Assembly: GCA_902774295.1 (NCBI GenBank)
Contig: CACYHP010000004.1
Location: 70,489-134,488, forward strand
Origin: an uncultured Bacteroidia bacterium
Lineage (GTDB): Bacteria; Bacteroidota; Bacteroidia; Bacteroidales; F082
Direction: 5' to 3'
DNA: 64,000 nt
The stretch's first letter is position 1. Each line of letters begins with the position of its first letter. The notes under the pieces are model-generated. The model saw only the letters and a list, made by a program, of their open reading frames with translations. It did not search any database and was not told the origin of the DNA. Made by a program: the position numbers and the translations under genes. Below are positions 25,524 through 32,884 of the stretch, one piece after another.

Positions 25524-26201
25524 ATGTATATACACAAAAAAGGTTATGGTGTTATTGCGACGGTTTTCACGGTTATCGTTCTGGTAATTGTGTCTGCTGC
25601 GATGTTGCTTAACGCTGTTTTTGAAAATAACCATTGGATGATATTGGCCGGACTTATTATAATAGGTGTAATTGTTGTTGTTTGGTCAATCACATTTTTC
25701 AGGGTTCCTACGAATCGGAAAATCACGCATGAGGCAAATGCTGTTGTCTCTTCCGCTGACGGTGAAATCGTTGCCATTGAGGAGGTTGAGGAGAAAGAGT
25801 ATTTTCACGATAAGAGGATTCAGATATCGGTTTTCATGTCGGCTTATGACGTGCATGTGAACTGGTTCCCGATTGACGGTGTGGTGAGTTATGTGAAATA
25901 TCATCCGGGCAAAAAAATGTTTGCCATTAATCCTAAATCATCTGAGTTGAACGAGCGAAACTCTATGGCTGTCAGGGATGAAAAGGGTAGGGAGGTCTTG
26001 TTCAGACAGGTGGCAGGTGTCATGGCGCGAAGAATTGTTTGTAATGTCAAAGAAGGCGACAAGGCGGAGGTTGGCAAGGAATTTGGTATGATAAAATTCG
26101 GTTCGCGTGTTGATTTTTTCTTACCTCTTGACGCTGATATTCAGGTGGAGATGGGCGATGACATTACAGGACAGGTTTCTGTTTTGGCATATTTGAAATA
26201 A
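25524..26201 (+). CDS. psd: Phosphatidylserine decarboxylase (short Bacteroidetes-type proenzyme)
   Basis: Follows cdsA. N-terminal TM helices and an FGSRVD self-cleavage-type motif. Confidence 0.8.
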   Translation: MYIHKKGYGVIATVFTVIVLVIVSAAMLLNAVFENNHWMILAGLIIIGVIVVVWSITFFRVPTNRKITHEANAVVSSADGEIVAIEEVEEKEYFHDKRIQISVFMSAYDVHVNWFPIDGVVSYVKYHPGKKMFAINPKSSELNERNSMAVRDEKGREVLFRQVAGVMARRIVCNVKEGDKAEVGKEFGMIKFGSRVDFFLPLDADIQVEMGDDITGQVSVLAYLK

Positions 26202-26241
26202 AAAAACTAAAAAAAAGATAGTGTAATTAAAAAAAACTTGT

Positions 26242-26249
26242 TATATTTG
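26242..26249 (+). promoter_or_regulatory. -7 box (TATATTTG) for the 26313 T9SS cargo gene
   Basis: Matches TAnnTTTG. Confidence 0.45.
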
Positions 26250-26312
26250 CAAACTCAAAATGAATAACAAATTAGGAATTTGAAATTAATGTTTAACTAA
26301 ATTTTAATCAAC

Positions 26313-28166
26313 ATGAAAAAAGTATCTTTACTTTCATTGCTTCTCGTTTTATTCGGAAGCTTAATGGCTCAAGAACCACAGGTTCTTATTAGTGATGGTT
26401 TCGAGGAATACGAAACCGGTAGCAAGATTGCTGTTGCATCACAGGCAGCAGGTCACGACTGGTGGACAACATGGAGCCAGCAACCAGGCTCAGCCGAAGA
26501 CGGTGTCGTTGCTGAATACAACGGCTCAAAATGCGGTTATTTGACCTATGGCGTTGACCAGGTTTTGCTCCTTGGTGACGAACAAAACGGTGTTTATGAC
26601 CTCGAATTCGACATCATGGTTCCTCAGGGTAAGAACGGTTACTTCAACATTCTCCATGACTTCAACGGTCAAGGAAGTACATGGGCTTTGGAAAGCTATC
26701 TGCACATGTCAGGCAGCAGCACATCAGCTCCTGGAACAGCAGTTATCCACGCTGGTGGTTCCAATGCAGCTACATTCAGCGTAATTTATGACGACTGGAT
26801 GCACTTCCGTTTGCATGTTGACACCGATGCTGACGTTGCTGAGTACTACTACACAGCACCAGGTGAGTCAGAGGTTTTGATTCACACATGGACATGGAGC
26901 CTTAACAGCCAGGGTACTGCTACAGTAGGTAGAAAACTTGCTGCTATGGACTTCTTCCCACCAATGAATGCTTCGACTTCAGAGTATTATCTTGATAACT
27001 TCAGCTTCACAAAGGTTAGCGGTGACACAGCTCCAGCTCTTACCTTCAACGTTGATCAAATCGATGCAGTTGTAGCAGAAGATGATGCAACAGCAACAGA
27101 GATTGTTATCAGCAACGCAGAAGGCACATCATTTGGTGACTGGTCAGCATGGGTTGACTTTGGAACAAGCACAGGTGGCTCAAATACATCAGTTCTTTAC
27201 TATGGTGCAGACCCATCACAAAACGCTAGCCTGGTTGGCTACGACTGGGAAGAGCCAAAATTGGTTGAAGTAGCAGCTATGTTCCCGGGTTCAACATACG
27301 CCGGCTCAGCAATGGGTGCCAACATCGTAAGTGTTGAATATTTTGCAGTTGATTCACAATCAGGTTGCGGTTTCGAAACAAACACTCCTCTTACATTCCG
27401 TGTTTACAAACAGGGTATGTATGGCCAGCCAGGTGAAGTTCTTGCTGAAAAGATTGTCCCTTACAACCAGATTAACCATACAGACTGGACAACCGCAACA
27501 TTTGACACTCCTGTCGCTATTACAGGTTACAATGTTTGGATTGCTTGCGAATACACACAGGCAGTTGGCGGCTACGCAATGGCATTTGACGGTGGTTCAT
27601 ACCTTCCTAACAGTGGTTTCGTCCGCGTTGGTGGTGGTGGCGCATTCGAATCAGCAGGTCCTGACAACATGAGCCAAGACTATGGCTGCATGGCAATCCG
27701 CGCAAACGTACAGGGAGCTCCTGTTTCAGCAACATGGGCTAACTTGAGCAAATCAGAAGGCTCAATCCCAATGGGTGGAATAGATGAAGTTTCAGTTAAC
27801 GTTAACGCTATCGGTCTCTCAGCAGGCGATGTGAAGACAGCTAACATTATCTTCGTCACAAACGATCCTGAGAATCCAGAAGTTACTATCCCACTGACAC
27901 TTACAGTCACTGGTGATAATGTTAATGAGACAGCAGCTAACGCATTCAACATCTATCCTAACCCAACAACAGGTATGGTGACAGTTGAAGGCGAGAATAT
28001 CAACGTTGTTTCTATCTACAACGCAGCTGGTCAGCTCGTGAACATCGTCCGCGCAAACGACTCGAACGTGAATGTTGACTTGAGCAGCTACGGCACAGGT
28101 GTCTACTTCCTCAACGTTATCGACAACGAAAACAACACAACAGTTCAGAGAGTCGTTGTGAAGTAA
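26313..28166 (+). CDS. Secreted protein with a T9SS C-terminal sorting domain
   Basis: Signal peptide. The C-terminus FNIYPNPTTGMVTVEG...VSIYNAAGQLV...GVYFLNV...TVQRVVVK is typical of a type A CTD. Confidence 0.7.
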   Translation: MKKVSLLSLLLVLFGSLMAQEPQVLISDGFEEYETGSKIAVASQAAGHDWWTTWSQQPGSAEDGVVAEYNGSKCGYLTYGVDQVLLLGDEQNGVYDLEFDIMVPQGKNGYFNILHDFNGQGSTWALESYLHMSGSSTSAPGTAVIHAGGSNAATFSVIYDDWMHFRLHVDTDADVAEYYYTAPGESEVLIHTWTWSLNSQGTATVGRKLAAMDFFPPMNASTSEYYLDNFSFTKVSGDTAPALTFNVDQIDAVVAEDDATATEIVISNAEGTSFGDWSAWVDFGTSTGGSNTSVLYYGADPSQNASLVGYDWEEPKLVEVAAMFPGSTYAGSAMGANIVSVEYFAVDSQSGCGFETNTPLTFRVYKQGMYGQPGEVLAEKIVPYNQINHTDWTTATFDTPVAITGYNVWIACEYTQAVGGYAMAFDGGSYLPNSGFVRVGGGGAFESAGPDNMSQDYGCMAIRANVQGAPVSATWANLSKSEGSIPMGGIDEVSVNVNAIGLSAGDVKTANIIFVTNDPENPEVTIPLTLTVTGDNVNETAANAFNIYPNPTTGMVTVEGENINVVSIYNAAGQLVNIVRANDSNVNVDLSSYGTGVYFLNVIDNENNTTVQRVVVK

Positions 28167-28195
28167 TATTTGAGAATTAATAAACGAGCAGAAAA

Positions 28196-28227
28196 AGAAA
28201 GGGCTCCGATAGGGGTCCTTTCTTTTT
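28196..28227 (+). terminator. Rho-independent terminator
   Basis: AGAAAGGGCTCC-gata-GGGGTCCTTTCT followed by TTTT. Confidence 0.7.
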
Positions 28228-28228
28228 G

Positions 28229-28284
28229 GTTTACTGTTTACCGTTTACCGTTTACTGTTTACTGTTTACTGTTTAGCGTTTATT
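28229..28284. repeat. Heptanucleotide array, (GTTTACT/GTTTACC) x 8
   Basis: Units every 7 nt from 28229. On the minus strand they read (AGTAAAC)n and supply the last codons and stop of the TrmH-family gene. Confidence 0.85.
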
Positions 28285-28790
28285 TGCTGGCGGTACCATT
28301 CGAAGAGGGCTACGGAGGCGGCGTGGGAGACATTGAGTGAGCGGGTGGGACCTGGGATAGGGATGTAAACAACCATATCGCATTGATTTAAGATTTCCTC
28401 GTGGATTCCATGGCTCTCGTTGCCTACGATGAAGGCGGCATCAGCAGGAAGCTCGGTCTCGTAGATGTTTGTCGCATTCGTCGCAGTTTCTATAGCGACG
28501 ATTTTTTTATTTGATGGTACCAGTTTACGCAGATCATTCTCCTCGGTGAAATACCATTTTATGTTGTCTTTACTTGAAGCGGCGCATTTTCTCACCCTGC
28601 TGAGGCTGTGCGTGGGCTCCGTGCCGAGAAATATCATCTCTGAAGCCCCGATATTGTCGGAAAGACGAATCATCGAGCCCATGTTGTCGGGCGTAAGGAG
28701 ATTGTCGGCAAGGATGATGGGGCGGGGAATAGAATTGTATAGAGACTCGGGATGAGATTCTTCAAAAAGCTGGTTTGATTTGATATACAT
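28266..28790 (-). CDS. TrmH/SpoU-family RNA 2'-O-methyltransferase
   Basis: SpoU motifs (NMGSMIRLSDN.G; VGNESHG; IPIPG...SLNVSHAASVALFEW). Start set at MYIKSNQ to avoid overlap with the upstream gene. Confidence 0.7.
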   Translation of the reverse strand: MYIKSNQLFEESHPESLYNSIPRPIILADNLLTPDNMGSMIRLSDNIGASEMIFLGTEPTHSLSRVRKCAASSKDNIKWYFTEENDLRKLVPSNKKIVAIETATNATNIYETELPADAAFIVGNESHGIHEEILNQCDMVVYIPIPGPTRSLNVSHAASVALFEWYRQQINAKQ

Positions 28791-28794
28791 AGTA

Positions 28795-29739
28795 TTAGGA
28801 TAAAGAGGATAAGTATTTTTTTCCTTGATAAGTGTTACGTTCTTCGAGGCGTTTTTCAATTAATGAAAGCACTTGGTCGTAGCGGAGGTTGAGCCAAGGC
28901 TTTGAGACCAGATAACGAGGCGGCACTTCGCCAGCGAAACGCTCGATGACGAGGCCGGGATTCAGACGTTCTATGAAGTCGATGACGAACTCAATATAAT
29001 CATCAAGTGTAAACAGGTGAAAATCAGAAGGGTTGGCGATATATTCATCAGCCATTTTCGTGTCTTTAAATATCTGTAGCTGGTGAAACTTCACTGATGT
29101 GAGTGGCAGTTCGGATATGATGTCGGCGGTATGCAGCATCATCTCGCGCGTTTCACCAGGCAGACCGAATATGAAGTGCCCACCGCAGTGAAATCCATAT
29201 TTGTGAGTGATTTCGATGGCTTTTTTTGCCGTGGCGAAGTCATGGCCGCGGTTTACACGTGTTAATGTGTGGTCGTAGACCGACTCAACCCCATATTCGA
29301 GTATGACCGTGGCGTCTAGACTTTTCAGCATATCCAGTGTTTCCTCGTTGATGCAGTCAGGGCGGGTTCCGATGACGAGGCCGATAACACCATCAACTGA
29401 TAAGGCTTCGCGATAGAGTTTTTTGAGCTCGTCGAGAGGCTTGTATGTGTTGCTAAATGCCTGAAAATAAGCAAGATACGACTTTGCGCGACGATAGCGG
29501 CGCTGATGGAATTCAATGCCTTCCTCAATTTGTTTGCGGATACTCTTTTCCGGATGGCAGTACGACGGGTTGAAAGCGTCGTTACGGCAGAAGGTACAGC
29601 CTCCAGTGCTTATCTTTCCATCACGATTAGGGCAAGAGAAGCCTGCGTCGATGCTTATTTTCTGCACGCGGCTTCCGAACTCACGTGTGAAATACGAGGA
29701 ATAGCTGTTGAAACGTCGGTTATCACCCCAGGGAAACAT
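28795..29739 (-). CDS. Radical SAM protein, TIGR01212-like
   Basis: SIDAGFSCPNRDGKISTGGCTFC cluster motif and the length typical of this family. Confidence 0.75.
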   Translation of the reverse strand: MFPWGDNRRFNSYSSYFTREFGSRVQKISIDAGFSCPNRDGKISTGGCTFCRNDAFNPSYCHPEKSIRKQIEEGIEFHQRRYRRAKSYLAYFQAFSNTYKPLDELKKLYREALSVDGVIGLVIGTRPDCINEETLDMLKSLDATVILEYGVESVYDHTLTRVNRGHDFATAKKAIEITHKYGFHCGGHFIFGLPGETREMMLHTADIISELPLTSVKFHQLQIFKDTKMADEYIANPSDFHLFTLDDYIEFVIDFIERLNPGLVIERFAGEVPPRYLVSKPWLNLRYDQVLSLIEKRLEERNTYQGKKYLSSLS

Positions 29740-29744
29740 GTGGC

Positions 29745-30824
29745 TTATTTTTCTTTTATCATCACATCGATAGCCCCGACGCCGAATCTCGAGATCGAAG
29801 CCATTCTGTTGGAAGTGTTTTCGTAATGCTTGAGCTCCTCAATAATGGCGTTTTTCAAGACGCCGTTGCCGACGCCGTGTATAAACGTCACCTTGGAATA
29901 ATCGTTTTCAATTGCGCTGTCAAGCATTTTCTTGAAATAATTGATCTGAACCCTGAAAATATCGTTGCTCGACATTCCGAGGATATTGTCAACCAGTTCG
30001 CCAATATGAAGGTCGACTATCGCTTCGCCTGGCTGTGTTTGGTGTTTGTCGATTTCTGCAGCTTTTTTTACGATGTCTTTATTTGCCTTAGGCTGCATCA
30101 CCCCGTCTTTCATCAGCTTGGTGTAATCGGTCTCCGATCCTTTCAAAGCGGTGGCGGTTGATAGGCAGACCATCAAGGCTTTCTCACCCAGAAGTCCCGA
30201 TTCGACGAAGCTTCCGTCTTTGAAGAAACGGCTGGTGCGCAACGAGAACGGTGCATGCAGCGGATGATAAACGAAGTCGATGTCATCCTGACAGAGCACC
30301 ACCTGTATCACGCCTTCGCACCAATGTTCAATATCATCGCGCGAGATAGCTTCCACCACCACTTTAGAAAATGGTGCAATGCTACCGTAGTCGATATTAG
30401 AATATTTCTCGTCTTCTTTAAGATTAAAGCTGTACAAAGCGTCGGCAGGAGTGTTGTTTACCACAGCAACGTCAATAAGTCCTGTCAACAGCCACTGTTG
30501 GTCGTGCGGAATAAAGGCGAGGTAGATACCTTCTTCCTCCGAATTTCGGGCAAACCGTCTCAACTCACTGCGGCGAGCTTCGTTTTTCGTCTCTTCTTCT
30601 ATAATCTGTTGATTCTTAATCTCTTTCTGCACGTTGTCGACCATTTGCTGTTGCCTTGTCGGCTGTGCTCTGAAATCCAAGACCAAGTCGCTCATCAAAA
30701 CCGGGACATTGAAGCCGTCTTCAATCTCAACCTCAACCATACGGGTGTCTATAATCTTTCTAATAACTCCTCCACCTTTGTCATTCAAGAAGTTAACTCT
30801 ATCGCCTACTTTAAAAGTTTCCAT
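29745..30824 (-). CDS. Smr-domain protein (DUF2027 N-terminal region)
   Basis: C-terminal Smr signature VDLHIGELV...FIHGVGNGVLK. Confidence 0.65.
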   Translation of the reverse strand: METFKVGDRVNFLNDKGGGVIRKIIDTRMVEVEIEDGFNVPVLMSDLVLDFRAQPTRQQQMVDNVQKEIKNQQIIEEETKNEARRSELRRFARNSEEEGIYLAFIPHDQQWLLTGLIDVAVVNNTPADALYSFNLKEDEKYSNIDYGSIAPFSKVVVEAISRDDIEHWCEGVIQVVLCQDDIDFVYHPLHAPFSLRTSRFFKDGSFVESGLLGEKALMVCLSTATALKGSETDYTKLMKDGVMQPKANKDIVKKAAEIDKHQTQPGEAIVDLHIGELVDNILGMSSNDIFRVQINYFKKMLDSAIENDYSKVTFIHGVGNGVLKNAIIEELKHYENTSNRMASISRFGVGAIDVMIKEK

Positions 30825-30851
30825 TTTTAAATATTATTTTGCAAAAAAAAG

Positions 30852-30923
30852 TGACCCCGCCGGGATTCGAACCCGGACCGAAGGAACCGGAATCCTTAAT
30901 TCTATCCATTAGACTACGGGGCC
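30852..30923 (-). tRNA. tRNA-Arg (anticodon CCG)
   Basis: I folded the cloverleaf by hand. Acceptor GGCCCCG/CGGGGTC, anticodon arm AAGGA-TTCCGGT-TCCTT, T-arm CCGGG-TTCGAAT-CCCGG. CCA is not encoded. Confidence 0.9.
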
Positions 30924-30979
30924 ATTTTTTATACGGTGCAAAAATACGAACATTTTTCCATACACTGCCATATTTTTCG

Positions 30980-30987
30980 TATTTTTG
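30980..30987 (+). promoter_or_regulatory. -7 box (TATTTTTG) for the AraC-type regulator
   Basis: Matches TAnnTTTG 17 nt upstream of the ATG at 31004. Confidence 0.4.
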
Positions 30988-31003
30988 CGGTATAAAATTT
31001 TTT

Positions 31004-32713
31004 ATGGCAAGACATTTTTTATCAATAAAACTGGCCTTATGTCTGATGCTGGTGTTTTCTGTGATGAGCATGACTGGTCAGGACTCGCGTTATACCGAAT
31101 CGTCGGCGATGAGTCGTCACCGCACTGAGCCTGAGCGTGCTTTGGTGATGATTGATTCGGCTGTTTTGGTGGGTAACATCAGCTGGCAGCGTGGTGAATA
31201 TTTGAAAGCTGTGACACAATATGGCGGGCTTCATGACTTGCCGTTGGCTGCTCAGACCTGTCTCAACATGTTGGAGAAGGGGGATGTTTTGACAGACACT
31301 GTCACTATTGAGCGCACTTATATGCTTTTGGCGGGCATTGAATACACTTTGGGCAACCATCCTGCCATTATCCGATACGCCACTGAGGCTTCGCGTTTGG
31401 CTCACATCCTTAATCAGCCAGGCGAGGTTGGGAAGGCGGCGGGTCTCATTGCTCAGTCGATGGCGCAGACTGGTAAGACCGACGAGGGGATAGAGCTTCT
31501 TAACGGCACTATATCGGAACTTAGAGATCTTAACACTTTTGAAGGTGTGACGGCATACCACGAGGCTTCGAAGAAGCTGATTCGTATTTATATAGACAAT
31601 CTGCGTTTCGCCGATGTTGTACCAGTTTGTGAGGCGGATTTGGCACGCATCGACAAACTCGACAGTCATCCCGAGCGTTTTAACTTGAACGAAGGCTTCG
31701 ACCCGTCGGAGTTTGTCGATTACGCACGCGGTCAGGCATTGGCGTACCTCACCATAGCATACGCCAGGATGGAGGATATCCCGAAGGCGCGTGAGACCAT
31801 GAACGAGGTGCTCAAAACCAATTGGAGCCACAGTGTTGACTGCGACAAAATCATGTCGGCGGCGTATCTCTACATGGGCGAGTTCGACCGTTTCGAAAAG
31901 GCGATGCAGCGTTTCGAGCATTCATATCCCGACACCATCAACCCCAACTACGTAATCTGCCTTGAGCAGCGTTTTGCCGCTGCCAGGATGCAGGGGCATA
32001 CCGACGAGGCTATCGACTACATGCAGCGTATCCACATCATTCGTGACAGCCTTGACGCACGTAACCAGCGTGAACGGCTTCATGAGCTTGCCACCCAATA
32101 TCACCTGCAGGAAGAACAGTTCATCCGGCAGCAGAAAGAGGCCGAGGCTGAGCGCGCACGCATCATCATCATCACCTTGACGATTGGACTTTTGGTGACG
32201 GCATGCTTCCTCTTGTGGTTCTTCCGCCAGGAACGCCTGATGAAAAAGAAAAACAAGGTGTTGGCGAGAGAGATTGCCGATGCCATCACCTATAAGGAGA
32301 AATATCTGGAGAGTTTGAAGCAGGATACGGAATCTGGGGCTCGGCAGGCGCCTTCAGATGATGTGTCCGATAAAGACCCTGATGTCATGCTGTTCAACCA
32401 GATCCAGGACCTCGTGGCAGGCGAGAAACTCTTCCTTGATCCAAACCTTGACCGTCAGATGCTCGTCGACCGCCTGGGAGTGTCGAAAGAACGTGTCGGC
32501 GCCGCCTTCGCCAAGGGCAGCCCATATAAGTCGCTCATCGAGTACCTGAACGACTGCCGTTTGCCGTACGCCGCCAAGCTCTTGACAGAACGCCCCGACC
32601 TCAGTGTCGCTGACGTGGCACACGAGAGCGGTTTCGCCAATGCCGACACCCTGGGCCGTAATTTTAAAGTCAAATACGCTCTTACACCAACGGAATACAG
32701 AGAACAACAGTAA
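31004..32713 (+). CDS. Membrane-anchored AraC-family regulator (signal/TPR-like sensor region, TM helix, coiled coil, C-terminal HTH)
   Basis: Start moved to MARHFLSIKLALCLMLVF; the longer ORF translates the antisense of tRNA-Arg. TM helix IIIITLTIGLLVTACFLLWFF. The AraC HTH is ...VADVAHESGFANADTLGRNFKVKYALTPTEYR. Confidence 0.7.
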   Translation: MARHFLSIKLALCLMLVFSVMSMTGQDSRYTESSAMSRHRTEPERALVMIDSAVLVGNISWQRGEYLKAVTQYGGLHDLPLAAQTCLNMLEKGDVLTDTVTIERTYMLLAGIEYTLGNHPAIIRYATEASRLAHILNQPGEVGKAAGLIAQSMAQTGKTDEGIELLNGTISELRDLNTFEGVTAYHEASKKLIRIYIDNLRFADVVPVCEADLARIDKLDSHPERFNLNEGFDPSEFVDYARGQALAYLTIAYARMEDIPKARETMNEVLKTNWSHSVDCDKIMSAAYLYMGEFDRFEKAMQRFEHSYPDTINPNYVICLEQRFAAARMQGHTDEAIDYMQRIHIIRDSLDARNQRERLHELATQYHLQEEQFIRQQKEAEAERARIIIITLTIGLLVTACFLLWFFRQERLMKKKNKVLAREIADAITYKEKYLESLKQDTESGARQAPSDDVSDKDPDVMLFNQIQDLVAGEKLFLDPNLDRQMLVDRLGVSKERVGAAFAKGSPYKSLIEYLNDCRLPYAAKLLTERPDLSVADVAHESGFANADTLGRNFKVKYALTPTEYREQQ

Positions 32714-32728
32714 CCGGACCTTACTGAA

Positions 32729-32766
32729 AAATACACGGAGAATAAAAAAATACATGGAGAATAAAA
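32729..32766 (+). repeat. Tandem 19-nt motif x2 (AAATACAYGGAGAATAAAA)
   Basis: Units at 32729-32747 and 32748-32766 differ at one position. A closely related motif follows the second AraC gene at 42361. Confidence 0.85.
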
Positions 32767-32785
32767 TCCAGGAAAAAACAATGTT

Positions 32786-32822
32786 TCCGTGAATTCGTCT
32801 GTTGACGTCCGTGAATACGTCT
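32786..32822 (+). promoter_or_regulatory. Direct repeat TCCGTGAAT(T/A)CGTCT x2 with 22-nt spacing; candidate AraC-type operator
   Basis: Repeats at 32786-32800 and 32808-32822, ending 30 nt upstream of the -7 box at 32852. Confidence 0.4.
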
Positions 32823-32851
32823 AAGCTATTGCACAGTCTGAATATTGACTA

Positions 32852-32859
32852 TATTTTTG
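32852..32859 (+). promoter_or_regulatory. -7 box (TATTTTTG) for the 1772-aa T9SS gene
   Basis: Matches TAnnTTTG 26 nt upstream of the ATG at 32885. Confidence 0.45.
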
Positions 32860-32884
32860 CATCAAAATTACAAAATTTTAGTCG

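Noticed and set aside
30839-31003. N-terminal 55 codons of the 624-aa ORF (MQKKVTPPGFEPGPKEPESL...).
   Set aside because: This stretch is the antisense translation of tRNA-Arg(CCG) and its flank. A -7 box at 30980 and a signal-like start, MARHFLSIKLALCLML at 31004, give a better gene model.
31037-31921. 294-aa ORF antisense to the AraC-type regulator gene.
   Set aside because: It lies entirely within a better-supported gene on the opposite strand. Its composition (Arg/His/Leu-rich) is typical of antisense frames and it has no recognisable motif.
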